A DNA stretch of 64,000 nucleotides from Tubiluchus corallicola (Eukaryota; Animalia; Priapulida), in assembly GCA_030141605.1 (NCBI GenBank), contig JAQGDQ010000031.1:868001-932000 (forward strand), read 5' to 3'. The translations under genes were made by a program, and so were the position numbers. Positions 14,549-28,188 of the stretch are shown piece after piece (position 1 is the first letter of the stretch; each line of letters starts with the position of its first letter). The notes beneath the pieces are model-generated. The model did no database searches, was not told the origin of the DNA, and saw only the letters and a list, made by a program, of their open reading frames with translations.

Positions 14549-15219
14549 TACAGACAGACAGACACGAGGATGCAAATTCCAGTATGCTATTATGATATTG
14601 ATTATATAATGCAGTAACATTGTAGCGTGCAGCCGCCGTTTGTAATCTATATAAACCAAAGTTTATACAGCTACTATAGAGATGCTAAGTGCTTTTAAGT
14701 GTAAATTATGGCGAATATATTCCACGCAGCGCACATCATATTTCTCTCCGTTAGCGCATCCCAGATGATTCATTTGATGAACAGTGAAGTTTCGGCATAA
14801 AAGTGGATTTTTGTGGCTCGACTAAATCCCGGTCGAATCGTTTTCAGCGGTTTCTGCGAAACGTCTCTCAGAGAAGCGCGGAAATCTAATTTGTACGCAG
14901 TTTTGATCATGTGCGGGGAGGAAAGTTCTGAAGGGCAGTTTATCTAAACACAAATGCGTAAAAACAGCTAAGCTAAATAGGCAGCTGGTTTGATGTGTGC
15001 TTTTCTACATGTAATGAAGTTAAGTTCCTTGACCTGATGTCACTAGTTCAATAATAGCACACTGAAACGATCAAGAGTGCATTTAGCCATGCAGGGAGAG
15101 TTGGTCTGAGGGGGGCGTTTGAATGTGACAAATCGAGCAATGCTTTTGATATTCATCTTTTTAATTTAAACACGACTTTATTGGTTTAAATTACAGTTTT
15201 ACTACTTATTAAGTGATTT

Positions 15220-15402
15220 TCCCCTCTCCCATTGTACAGGTTCAAATATCGCAGAAGAAAGGACCCGTAAATCCTTACATTTTGTTGTAAAGGTCAAAGG
15301 TCAAGGCCGCAATATCAAAAGTATCGAAATAATAAATTTTCCCAATGGTGACCGTGCGTGAATCCGTCGGTCTGCACCTCTATTGAGTGCCCTCCTTCTA
15401 GC
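15220..15402 (+). mobile_element. Possible 3' part of a Helentron/HINE-like element
   Basis: aaggtcaaaggtcaagg motif shared with the element at 1440..2392. Confidence 0.3.
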
Positions 15403-15521
15403 TGTACTGTCTTTGACAACAAATTACCTAAAAAAAATTCTGCACAAAGCAAAAGAATCATGAGAATAGTGGTTTCTGATTCACGCATCTGTTATGTGGA
15501 CCAACCAGTGTGATCAGCGTT

Positions 15522-16967
15522 AGTTTAAACATAATTTATTTAGGATTGGATCAGACAGTTTGTACAACATGATTTAGGATCCTCACCACAACAGACTTTA
15601 TACATTGTTTACAAGAACATTTACAGTAAGAATAGACTATACTTAGTTTTTAGTATGCTTTAGTATACTAAAGTTTTACTACAGTGATACATTAGACATT
15701 AGTAGAAAATGACGGTTAGTAAATATTAATGTACGATTATTTAAGAACGATGCATTTTATATGAGTTAGAAACTACTGGAAGCGTTTAGTACGTAATATA
15801 AAGTCATGTATACATTGGAATATTTTACAGTTAGTAACATAGTTAAATTCGTCTTTTCCGAATAATAACAACTTCAACAGATCATTTTTCCTAAGGCAGC
15901 TATATTAAGGCTTTCGGGCAGAAGTATTGCATTAAATTTATCAAACATAACTACCATAGCTAGTTGATGCAATGGGCAGGGCAACAAAAAGTGTTCAACA
16001 GACTCAAATCGAAATCCACAGTTACAATTCGGCAATATTGGATTACCGTTATTATCTTTACAGCCTTTAGAGAAAAGGTCATAGTTTAGCTGAGAAAATC
16101 CGATTCTCATGCGCGTATGATGCACTGATATTGGAGCTTTACCAAATGAAAAATGTTTCTTACGCAACGAAAAACTTAAATGAGATTTGAGCTCTTGTTT
16201 GAACTGTGAAATGGATGTAATTTCACGAATGTTCTGTGGTAAGTTGTTCCACATGTTAATGGTCGATATGAAAAACGATTTTTCACAGCTAACAGAACGG
16301 CAATTAAAATTTCTGTATTTAGTACCACTGCGTATATAATAGGGGGTAACTTCGTTTACCTTTGGCGGCAGAATTGCACTTAAATAGTGGGGCACTAAGT
16401 AAGTCATTGATTATTTTGAAAAAAGGACATAGGCGATGATAATGGAAGCGTGTCACTAATTTAGTGTAGCCGCTATCAGACAAGATACTTGCAGGGGAAG
16501 ATCGAAACATATCGCCAGAACAGATTCTAGCAGCAGTTAGCTGAATATTTTCTAACAAACGTATACTGTTTTCACTGCATCCTGACCATACTACGTTACC
16601 ATATTCGATGGCAGGGAGAATAGTCGTAATGAATAATCGTTCACGCGTAGCTCTGGGCATATTAACTGACACGCGTCGAAAGTTGTTTAGCTTTAAAAAT
16701 GCTTTGTCTACCATTTTTGAGACGTGATAGTTCCAATTCAGGTCAGATGTAAGATGGATACCTAAATGTTTGTGAACATTTACAGTTTTCAGTGAGTATT
16801 AGATAAATATAGAGTAGGATATTGAGGAGCATTGGATTTACGGGAGAAAAGCATGACTTCGGTCTTATTAAGATTAAATTTAACCAACCAACGTTTGGCC
16901 CAGTTTTCAATTATTCTAAGATCTGCCTTTAAGCGATTTGCTGTGTGATCAGCATTGACAACAAACC
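15522..16967 (-). mobile_element. Truncated CR1/L2-group LINE (RT C-terminal part, ORF2 tail and 3' UTR), frameshifted
   Basis: Minus-strand translation LKADLRIIENWAKRWLVKFNLNKTEVM, HKHLGIHLTSDLNWNYHV, ILPAIEYGNVVWSGC, LENIQLTAARI, CNCGFRFESVEHFLLPC; AATAAA and tail near 15525-15545. Confidence 0.9.
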
Positions 16968-16991
16968 CTGAAAATAAGCGCGATTTTACAA

Positions 16992-17350
16992 GCCTTCACT
17001 TTGTTAGCACCCAAACAACGAAAAACAACTCAAACAGTAACTATGCTATCTCACTATTATACATATATCTTCGGTCTTACTGATTTTCAACTTTTAATAA
17101 ACCAATTTAGTCTGTTGATATCTTGATGCCTTCACTGCAGCACCCGAAATCGTTAACTGAAAAAAAAAATTATTGTAATCTTGATCCATTTACTTACATA
17201 TAACTACCTATATCACTATTATACATATATCTTGGGTCTTACTAATTTTCAACTTTTAATAAACCAATTTAATCTGTTGATGCCTTCACTGCAGCCCCCG
17301 AGAGCGGAATTTGCTCGTCCAGATCTTGATCTCTTTACTTACATATAACT
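16992..17350. repeat. About 160-bp tandem repeat, roughly 2.3 copies, abutting the LINE
   Basis: tcactattatacatatatctt.ggtcttact.attttcaacttttaataaaccaattta.tctgttga at 17051 and 17213; gccttcact occurs three times; atcttgatc..tttacttacatataact occurs twice. Confidence 0.85.
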
Positions 17351-17806
17351 TGCCTGGACCTAAGAAGCCATCTTTTGTTAATCATAATCCAATTTAAATG
17401 CAGCTTTGGGTAAATTGGCATTTATTATCACGGTGACAGTGAAAAATCGGTAATTTAAAATTCAACATTAATTAGCGACTGACATTTAATTAGTGCAGAA
17501 CTTGCATTAATTAGTGGATGCTGAACTTGAAATATGAAGATTTACTCGCTTAATTATTAATTGGTTTGGCTAGTATTTAACTATGTTGCTGCACGTTAAA
17601 GTTTGAAAAATTTTGCTGTTTTCATTAATCGTTTTTATGCAGCGTTTAGCAATTTATTTGCCAAGATTCACAGTTTCTTTTGTTATAGATTATAGTGAAT
17701 TTAGATTCTAGATCGTGGATTCGGGTCTTTGTCTTTTTGAATTCTGAATGCTTATTCAAATTATGGACGTCATAGCTTTTCGAAGTTACGCTATTCCAAT
17801 GGTAGT

Positions 17807-18178
17807 CAGAGCCGAGTTGTCTTATAGGCTAGTATTCCTTCCTAGAGCACCTCAAGCTTGAAGGGCCTCAGGCTTAGGTAACACTTGGGAAAAATTTTTT
17901 CACTATGGCTGCATTGAAATATGTGCTAATTTGGTGTTCAATAAATAGTAAAATATTTGTATTTCTTAAAGAATATTTTTATTGACAAACAGTAGATAGC
18001 CATTTTAGTTTATTTAAAGAAGTTGCAATAAGTTTACTTCCGTCTATATAATTGTCGCTAAAATATATCATGAGTAAAAAAATTTAAGACCGGTGCAGGC
18101 GAGTCGGAGAGTGGCTCCGCCTGACGGGTCCCTTAATTTTATTAGCTAGGGGCCCTAAAAGGTCATAGTCCGGCCCTG
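17807..18178. mobile_element. hAT-like MITE with perfect 8-bp target-site duplication
   Basis: Termini CAGAGCCG / CGGCCCTG; ATGGTAGT at 17799..17806 and 18179..18186. Confidence 0.8.
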
Positions 18179-18352
18179 ATGGTAGTATAATAAACTTTGC
18201 CTTAGTTTTTTTGCTATTACTAGCGTGGATTTATATTATACATATGTGTTATTCTATTCAGATATTCTTTTTGAGAACTGAACCTGAGAAGTTAAACATC
18301 TATCAATGTCGGTTTAATTCGTTAAAACGGAACTGTTCAGATTTAAAATAAG

Positions 18353-18368
18353 AAAGAGAGAGGGAGAG

Positions 18369-18401
<33 letters not shown>

Positions 18402-18415
18402 CAGAGAGAGAAAGA
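18353..18415. repeat. (GA)n/(GACA)n microsatellite
   Basis: Direct inspection. Confidence 0.85.
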
Positions 18416-21214
18416 GCGAAGCATACAGTAACACACAATAAAGTTGTCTTGAGACTAGTCATCTTTAGCATCATTAAAACCTTGAATGCCCTTTATAGTC
18501 TTCTGAAAAAATAAATAATTTATTTTGAGACCATAAAACGGCATTCAGCATTTTATTTATTCATTTCATGCTAAAGATGACAAGTCTCACCAGAGCTCTC
18601 TCACATTTTAAGTGGTATGGTTACACTGCCCCTGGTGATCTATACAAATAAATAATCTACTGTGAAACCTATAAAGAGTATTCAACGTTTTATTCATGTA
18701 TTAGATTTACGCGATTTTCATCAGTCAAATAAGTGAAGTTGTGCCGTTGACTGCTTAAAGTACAAGAAAAACACTATTATCACATAAAGCTAAAAACTGT
18801 CTTGAAATTCTGGCATCACGTGCGTACTGCCTTATTGCGCTCAGAGCTTGTATTGGCAGCAACGCTGTAAAACTTGTAAATTTAAACTCCCGCGATGATC
18901 GTTAGACACAGCCATTTTGGCGGTAAGTCGTTTGAAATAAATTTAAATAACATTGCTTAAAGTTTCGAAAAGTAATAAGGGCATTCGCAGCGCGCGCCTA
19001 ATTAACTAGACAAAAGCATAAATTATTTAATCTTGTCAGCAAGAGTAATAATGTGTGAATCAGTGACGTTTTTTGATCACTGGTTAACATTCTTGAGCAC
19101 TGAATAAGAAATTTAATTTTCAGTTACACATGCCTTTCAACAGGTAAGCATAATGCAAAGTAATATAACTTTGTATTGAAAGTTTTTTGAGGCATACTTT
19201 AGAATTCTCTTTCTCTTCTACTTTAATCGCAGCTTCTTAGCGGTGATTATCTGTGAGTGAGGTCTTATTCTTTATCAAGGTTAATCTCATACTTGGCATT
19301 TGTTCTGTGTACATACTTGTGGGTGAAATACACAAAAGAAGTTTTTAGCTCGTTGTGTAAGTACAGGTTCTTTCCCTGAGAACTGGTATTATTGGGGAAG
19401 AATTCTTTTGAATACTTGTGGCTACTGTTAGCCGTCATATGGTGCCGTGTTCACGTCTACATGTATTCTGATCAGGTTTAACCCTTTCTAATTTGAGTTG
19501 CAATGAGTGGCTGTAATCTGCAGCTGTTGTGTGTTTGTGCTGCCAATCAGTCAGCTGTATGGTAGACAGCAGACAGACATATTCCCTCACTACGCAGGTG
19601 TTTATTGACAGTGATTGGTTATTGGTACCGTGCAGTCTGTTCTTTGATGGCATGATTAAGTGCACGTGGCATTTAGAAATAAATAAAATCAGCAATTGCG
19701 CCGTGTTATAAAGCGTGTTGCTGAAATTTGAAATCGCAGTGATTGTGTAGGTACGCATATTGGATCGCATGTATGTCAGCAACTTGTCTGTGTCCCCTGG
19801 TATACGCTTGCTTTGATTTTCAAAGGTAAAATGACTTATTATAGATCCATTATCGAATTTCGATCACATGTTTTTGTTTTAGCCGTCCAGTTTCGTGTTC
19901 GTTTCGTATTTACCGCTGTATTTGTCTGTGTAATGTCATCGGTTTTCTATTGTCTGAATCCAGTGTCTTGTATAATCGCGTAAGAAATCCGCGGAAATAT
20001 TCTCTTGTATGAAATGAAAATACCGCCGCGTCTTGAATGAGCTGTCAGATTTCGTCTGAAAACTGGCTTTTGTGCGCCTGAAATAACGTCAGAATTAGAT
20101 GATATGACGGTTTAATGCGAAAGGAGGTTTCGAACAAAAACGTACTGCCTGGTAATAGGCTTTCCGTGAAAGCCAATGAAATGTTGGAAGTAAAACGCGG
20201 AATTTCAATTTGCGATGATATTTATTGAGAAAACGCGCGTGCATTAGAATTTGTGTGTTTTCCGTTATGGGAAATTTGAGTAAGATTTCTTATTGATTTG
20301 ATCACTGAGAAAACTGTCTCCTTGGCTGAGCCTGTAGTAATTATTCCCACGCTAAAGGTACAAAACTGTGAGTATTCAAAAATTTTCCTCTTGCAAATTT
20401 GTTCATAGTCTGCGTTTACGATTTACTACTCATTTCTAATTGAGATGAACTTTAAATTCTTATCAGCTAGTCTTAGAAAAAAAAGGTATGCCAATTTAAC
20501 ATTATCGATGCAGTGAAAAGTAGCAATACTATTTTGAACAACAATTTTGTGCTGATTCTACAACAATACAGTAATGTTAGTCTAGTGCACCAGTAGATTA
20601 TTATTGCTATAATGTACAACGTGATTTTCTACAGCAATACAATAATGTTACTTTAATGCCTCAGTGAACGTCGTGATGTGCCATGTATGAAACTAACGTT
20701 ACTTTAGTACATCAGCACGTAATCACTGCATCAGTGAGCGTCATAAGTCGACTACAATTGTACATCAATAATGTAATGTAGCTAATATTATTTTTACAGT
20801 ATTGATATTGCTTGTTTGTGTCATCAATTATTACGAACTGTTTAGCCAAACTGTAAACATCAATTTTATAAAACACGCTGCTGGGGTACTTGAACAATCA
20901 TTGAAACCCGTGGGAGTCCTTTAAGCCAAAAGAATGTAAGGTCATTGGCAAGTGGAGACGTTTGTTTTTACTTTCCATGTGAATTAAAACTCTATACGAA
21001 CTCGTTGCAGTCAGCAAACACTTCGCACATAATACCGGCGAGGCTGCGAAAACCTGGAAAAATATTTATTCTCGCTTTGGGGTTTTGTTTTGTGCGGATA
21101 GTAGCGAATACGTTTTATTCGCGAAATTCTATAGCAGATTTGTAACATTACTTGCAAAACATAGGCCGCAAATTAATGTAACGTTTTGTAACGTATTAAA
21201 GATGATTATACTTT

Positions 21215-21370
21215 ATCAGCATCATCATTGTGATCGTCATTGTAATCATTACCATAATTATCATGGTAAAAGAAATCATAATTATCGTCAAAATCTCGGT
21301 CTTCTTCGTTATAATCGGCATTACCATCGTCGTTACCATCGTCATTGTCGTCGTCATCGTCATCACCATT
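21215..21370. repeat. Degenerate (CAT/CGT)n trinucleotide repeat
   Basis: Direct inspection; accounts for the His/Arg-rich ORF 21085..21612. Confidence 0.75.
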
Positions 21371-24300
21371 TCTGGCTAAGCTGCACCATGTGTTCTCGAG
21401 TTCTCTGTTTGCGAAGGGAAGTCACAGCAGCAGATTTTACAGCAATTGGTAACTGTGAGCTTCTGTATCTAATTAATGCTGACAGGGCGTGTTTACTCAC
21501 TGTATCGTCTTGTCAGTGTTTGTTTGCCTTAAGTTTAACAGTTGTAAACATTAGATACTCTGTACAGAGTATAGATAGGCACATACGCAGACTAGATTTT
21601 GTTCCACGTTAATTATTTGCTGAAGCACTTTGAAAATCCTCTCAACAATAACCTCTCTCCTTCCTCCTGTCATAAAATTTCGATGAAACCACGAAAGTCC
21701 ATAATAATGTTTTATTAACGATTGTTGCGCAGTTTTTGCGTTCGCGCTGATACGAAATTTTATAACGCGTCATGTTGTATGTTATAAATCGTCCAACTGC
21801 ATTTTATTTAATATATCAAAAGTCCTGGTTATTCGTCATAAGATTTTTTTCCTTTCTAGTGAAAAATATCTTTCTTGTTGTTCTTAACATCTACATGTGA
21901 TGAAATTTTTACAAGCATATGATGCGAGTCACTTCTATAGGCTTTGTGTGGATGTCAAATACAGCACGTGTTAAATTCTTTCTTAGAATTCAGGTAACTT
22001 AAGTCACATGTAAAAAAAAATCACAGGAAAAAGTCTCAGTAAAAAAGGAATAACCCTAACCCTAATCCTCACCCTGAGTGAAACGACATTTGCTAGAGAG
22101 CAGTTGAAACGTCATCTTAAAAAATATGTAAAAAAATCATTTATAAGTAACTTAAGTTTAGTTATCTTTCTTCTGTTTTTTATGACGTAATTGATTGGCA
22201 CAGATTATTTTTCATGAACTGCGTCTTAATCACGTGTTTGTGTACGTGCAATAAAACTATTTTATGTTTCTTGAACGGAAGCAGTTAAATTGTACCACTA
22301 ATGCGCTTACACCCTAAAATCTATTTCTAACACGTCTATTTATAATCTATAAAACGCCTCTAAAACGTGCAGCATTTAAGAACCAAAAATTCTCTTCAAA
22401 ATGTATACAAGTTTGCTTTTATTGTTACACTGTAGTACATCACTTTTATAAATGAAAATGAGTTAGGTTGAGTTGGAGTTAATTCCTTTTGTATGTTAGA
22501 GGGTAGTTTATGCTTATCCTTTTTTCAATGGATTTAGCTACCTGTATTAGTATTGGTGGGCTATGTGATAATACTTTTAAATATTCCTTGGTTCCTCTCT
22601 CCCCTCTTTTAGTTTCTCGCGTCTCTACCAGTTTCTGTTTGAATGTGTTTTGCCTTCATGGCGATTAAAGTTTAATCCGCATTGACTGCAGTCAGTCTGC
22701 TTACAGGGATTATTGACTGTAATCATCATAAAACGTTGTGCTTTCAAGTGGGCACAACCGGAATTTATAGACGTGTGTATTCAGTGGAGAACAGATGAGT
22801 AATATTTCTTTTGTATGTTCTTATAAATTTGGTGCATTTTGCACGGTAGATGAAGTGCTTCCGTAGGCAAAACGTGAGTTTATGAACTTAAGAAAAATCT
22901 GGTCTTTAACATTTAACATTAGGATGTTTAATTTTAACCAAGTTGTAGGCTTATCAAACCATGGTGTAGCTACGTCCTCTGCGTCAGACATATGCCAGCA
23001 ATTTTCCTTGCTAAGCGCATTACGTTTAGCTAACTGCTTTGAACGCAAATAAACTACTTTGTGAAAGAAAATACGCAGTAAGCGCCCCCACGTAGTGGCG
23101 TCAGGCGTTACACGCTTGTTTTACGCCGATTAGTAAACAAAACAAAGTTTATTTACGACATCGAGCGCGTAAATAATGTCCTAAACTTCTAAATGTTGAC
23201 AGTAGGAAACGATGCTGTTCACTTCGAAGTTGTTGAATTCTCTGTGGCTTAATTCAGAAGTGGTATTGGCTTACTGCATTTAAAATATTTTAAAAATGGC
23301 GTTATTTTATTGTATGAATTCGAAGGATACGAGTTTGTAGAGTCACTGCATTTTTCTGAAGTCCTCGGTTTGTTTGGAGATCGTGATCAACTTATCGTGT
23401 GCTGCTAAGGAAATGTCCATTTTTCTTAAAATCGCGCCTTGAAATGTGCGATAATACCTATCAGAGATGTTTCAGGTTGTCTGATATATAGCGTACTTCT
23501 AAACCTTACAGTAGATAGAGTGACATATTATATGTACATTTCTTGTATATCAGAACTCTACGTACTTAAATGTGCTATGTACTATGTGTTAGCTTCACCT
23601 TTGTACATATTTTTTTTTAATTTATTAATGAGCTTTATCTACTAACTCTTATTTATCTTTTATCATTTATTGTGTGCAACTAATGTCTGAAATAGAATTG
23701 AAATTGAATTGAATTGTTTATACAATTTTAATAAAATTGCCCTGTTTATGGATACCTTAAAAACACGTGTTTTGGTTTGCGAATCATGACCCCTCAGAAA
23801 TACACAAAATGGAGACAAGCTAACGTGATAAACCCCTATCATGATGGAGGTCAAAGGAAAAGAATTACATAGTACTATAGTGATACATAGCCAAAATATG
23901 CATATACGTGTATAAACAGAATTAAAGCGATAAGTTTATGCTGAGTATAAACATGCAAAGTATGAAGTAATGATGGTAATAAAATTAACAAAAATATCAA
24001 TAAAAATGGTAAAAAAATTATTTTAACTTTTTATTATTGTTTTTTGGCGGATGACCTACAGTCATTTTTTACTTCGTAATTTGGTAATTTTAGTTTTTAC
24101 AACAATTCTGGCTTTGGTTGTGTGCACTGTTATCAGTATGGCTGTGATTAATGTGTGGCAACAGTTTTAATGTGTTATCAATCAGCCTTGGACAGTGTAT
24201 ACACTGATGGATTAAGCAACCACATACATTTTCTGATTTCCTCGTACCACGTCTGTTCATCTCCTGAGCAGTAAATTATTGAGCGGCAACTCTGGAAGCC

Positions 24301-25576
24301 AAACGAGAATTATTGCTCTATTATTATCGTTAATTGCAGAAACGCACATATTTTTGCGCGTGTATTACTGGGTTGGCGTAATTTGAACAACGAATTCTTC
24401 GTTGTAGAAAGAATGTAACGTTATTAACGCTAATTCGTCATTTGTAAAGTGTCATTTGTAGGTCGTTCGAAGTGATTTGATAAGATTAGTAATGACAATG
24501 ACAGAATTACATTTAAAGTTCTGTTTCTGGTTTGTTAGCAAGCTGACAGAAATTGTCCTGGGACGCGTAGGATGCGAAATTGGGATAGTTTTGCGTGTAG
24601 GTAATCACGAAAAATAGTTACTGTTTGGCTGAATGAATGTCCGCCCGATTATTCGGTATTTTCGAACGCCGAGCATTGATTCGTTTTGTGCACGTGTTTT
24701 TAATTGTCTAGTTTACTAATAATTAATATTGACACAAAAAGACTTTACAGTCAGGTTAGTAGCTTTGGAGAACCCAAACTCATGTTTTTTGAAAATTGCG
24801 TACATAATGAAAATATACAAATTTATTTGTCAACATTTTTTGCATTGTGCAGCCCATAATGATGAGAGAAAGTTTCAGTATTGTATGTATGTGTGATGGT
24901 GCTGTATATAACGTCTAGATTTACTCGCAATTTAGAACTGCATTTTCTGTGGCTTTTGTGAATGACTTAAAGGAAAAAGTGATCTTTTAAAAAGTGTTTG
25001 TGCAGTCAATTAAACACGCGTGGTAGACTTAATTTTAGCCATAAGCGAGTGTTGAGAATGTAGATGAAGCCAAGTACTTGAACTACAGCTGCGTACACCT
25101 CAGCTGAAGTCATTTGTCACGCAGAAGAAGCCGACAACACTTAGCTGAGGAATCCCCAAGTTATATATAAATTATGCAGCATGACTAGCAGTTGCACTTA
25201 TATAATGCTTAAAGTATGTGTGTAACGCGAATATTGTAAATATTTCATTGCGTCCGTCTGCGGGCGTTCGTCTTATGTGCAAAAACAAAATCAATACGAA
25301 TTACGAAATGACGATATATTTTATAATCTGTTATTTATACTGATGTGTAAGATATGGCCATGTTTCGTTAAAATACACTCCCATTGCTAATTATTACTTC
25401 TAGAATGTAATTTTTCGTGTTTATTCCATTACCTACCAACCTATCAGAGTCCGCAGTTGCTTTTTTCCACTTCAGAACAAAAACAAATGAATGCAGTAAC
25501 GTTGAACGTGTGTTTGTTAATTACCCCTTTGTACAATATGTACTTTGTGCGTTTGGGTCTTTTATAAAGTGAAAAT

Positions 25577-25655
<79 letters not shown>

Positions 25656-25745
25656 CAGTAGCAGTAGCAGTAGCAGTAGCAGTAGCAGTAGCAGTAGCAG
25701 TAGCAGTAGCAGTAGCAGTGGCAGTCGTCGTAGTCGTAGTAGTAA
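25577..25745. repeat. Compound microsatellite (GTA)n-(GTAGCA)n
   Basis: Direct inspection. Confidence 0.97.
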
Positions 25746-26769
25746 TAAAATTTTCTGTGTCTAGCTGTCTCAGGCGGCCGTGCAAACAACACGAAAATGC
25801 TGGTGAAATGGAACATTTAGAACATTGAACCAGTCTTGAATACTATTTACCAGTTAGTACAGTTTTATGTGGAGTATGAATATTCTGTGCGTGGTAATTT
25901 CATCATATTTTCAATAATAAGCAATTAATTAAGCATGTAGAATTTATTAACATGTTGCAATCACAAAGTACTCAAAGGTTGCAGTGAGTACTTATTCATT
26001 TCTTTATTTATTCGAAAATTTATTTCAAATAAATGTACGTAATATTATGTAAAAATAAATAAAATAATATTAGACTATACAAAAGGTAAAACCGAACAAT
26101 AAAGAGCACAGGTTAGTTTAATTTGCAAAAGAGGAGATAAATATATACATTTCACTATCTTACAGCAATGGTTGAACTTCAGTATAGACTTCATCTCTTC
26201 CCGTAATAAAAAACAGGAGCGGCAAGTTTCCGTTTTTCCCTGGGAACATTTCTGAAGCAGCTGCTGCTCTTGCCAGACTTTCTAACCCCATGGCTAATGT
26301 TAATAGCATAAATATTTTGCCTGCGGAACTATCACTATCCGTTTACTGTTCAAATGTCTGTAATATTTTCTTGGCCAGGTTTGATCTTATCTGAGTCAGC
26401 TAGTTGAGCGGTGTTTATAACGCTAAATCAGCCTGGATACAGCAAGAGGTAATGTAAACCAGTGATAGAGGTATCTACTATCTAATGGAGTTTGTGTCTA
26501 GCTAGGCGGCCGTGCAACAAAAGTTGGATTCGGGAAGTGGTGCTGGTGTTATTGAAAGTTTTGCATCATGTTATACACATGTGATTGTTTCCGATTTCTT
26601 AGAGGCGTAGTGGACATGGGAAAATGTAATTTTTGTCGATATTATTTTTCACAAAATTTTAGTTTACTTCTCCAGATGGAGCTTGACTGAGTGTCTCAGA
26701 CAGAAAGGGCTTCTTTACAGTCTAAATACGTATGAATATGATGGCTTGTCTTTTTTATTGTGTGTTTCG

Positions 26770-26774
<5 letters not shown>

Positions 26775-26800
<26 letters not shown>
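26775..26800. repeat. (CT)n microsatellite
   Basis: Direct inspection. Confidence 0.9.
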
Positions 26801-26805
<5 letters not shown>

Positions 26806-27596
26806 CTCGCCTGATTAGCTGACTTTCTTCCCTGAAAACCTTACAGTCTTACCATTCAATCGAATTCAGTTCAATTCACCTTTTATTTCAACTAAAATTG
26901 CCACGAAATACACTAAAAAGCCAAATCCCTAAACCTACCCAAACGCAAAAAATACTAACTCTAGTAAATACACGCAACTACAAAAAAAGAAATATTAAAA
27001 GCTACTCACACCAAGTACGAAAAACGCCCGGAAACAAAAAAATTTAAGTATAAGTATACCGTACATCAGAGTCATTTTTAAAGTCACAGGGACCTAGAAT
27101 TGATCCCTAGAATAGAATCGGTTATGGACTTATGGTACTCCTGAAACACGATTTAAAACTAGTGACAGATGGTGCTTGAAGCCATTGTTTCAACTTTTTC
27201 AATTTCTTGGTTTCACAATTACAATTTGGAAATGATTGATAATAATTGTTTGTTTCATTTTTCCATGCAGGGTCACTGTTGATAACCATTTTAATGAGCT
27301 CACAAAAATTACTAACAGAAATTTATGTCCTTGTCACAGGTATAACACTACATTTTCATTGGGGATACTGGCTGGTTTACCGTGACACATGATTTTATTG
27401 GTCAACAAAATTCGGACGATAAACGTCGGTTACGTGTCGGCGCTTTAAGATATTTTTATGTTCCAGATGCGTCTGATTTCATATTTTTAATTAGTTTGGG
27501 CGCGCAGCTGTTAATATCACCGAAGATCGAATGTAATCTGCAAACTCGCGTATGCGCAAAAGCTTAGAAGTTCTTATAATTACGAAATGCAATTAA

Positions 27597-28188
27597 AGGA
27601 AAACCGGTCCCATTCTTAAACCCTAGGTCAAAACAGTTTACTCTTTAAAACATTGAAAGGGAACATACTGTTTTTTTTTTCAAGAATGACCAATTATCAC
27701 CACACAAACGCAATTTCGCGTTGGCAGCTAGTTCTTCGCTGTTACATGTTTTTCGTTAGTTAGATGGGAACTAGCTCCTTCAGAAACACGTAACTAAAAA
27801 CAGATGCTGTACCTCTCAGTTCAAAGATGTTCGTTTGTGAAGAATTGCGCGCTTTCAACAGCTTGTGCATGACAGCGGTAAATTTTAAATTTGAATTTTT
27901 ATATTAAACTCTGCCGAGTTTCAGTATAACACATTGAATGTTGTTCAGTAGCAGTGTACTTCAATTTTCGCGTTTGCAAACACGTGCAACACACTCTTGG
28001 AATTTTTTTGCTGTTGAAAATTATGTTCATTTGTGATGTCATCATTGGTTAGGCTTTCTCGCCGTTAACTAAGATTTTAATCTATTGTTTAATTATTAGA
28101 AATGCATTTGCAGTATTATTGGTGTTAAAATGTGTACTTTTTACTGCACTTCAGAGTGGGTAGGATGTGAAAAATCATCCTGTTTTCA
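27597..28188 (+). mobile_element. Dispersed non-autonomous DNA transposon, copy 2 (longest)
   Basis: Starts TTAA|AGGAAAAC; homologous to 11430..11928 and 38041..38397. Confidence 0.75.

Noticed and set aside
13010-14659. Long Cys-rich minus-strand ORFs of up to 402 aa
   Set aside because: The 29-bp unit has almost no minus-strand stops, so all three frames are open with the same cycling peptide; a repeat artefact.
25444-25816. Poly-Thr/Ala and poly-Tyr/Cys ORFs; likewise the His-rich ORF 21085..21612, Val-rich 58435..58713 and GVGV-rich 34600..34926
   Set aside because: Translations of microsatellites or MITE subterminal repeats.
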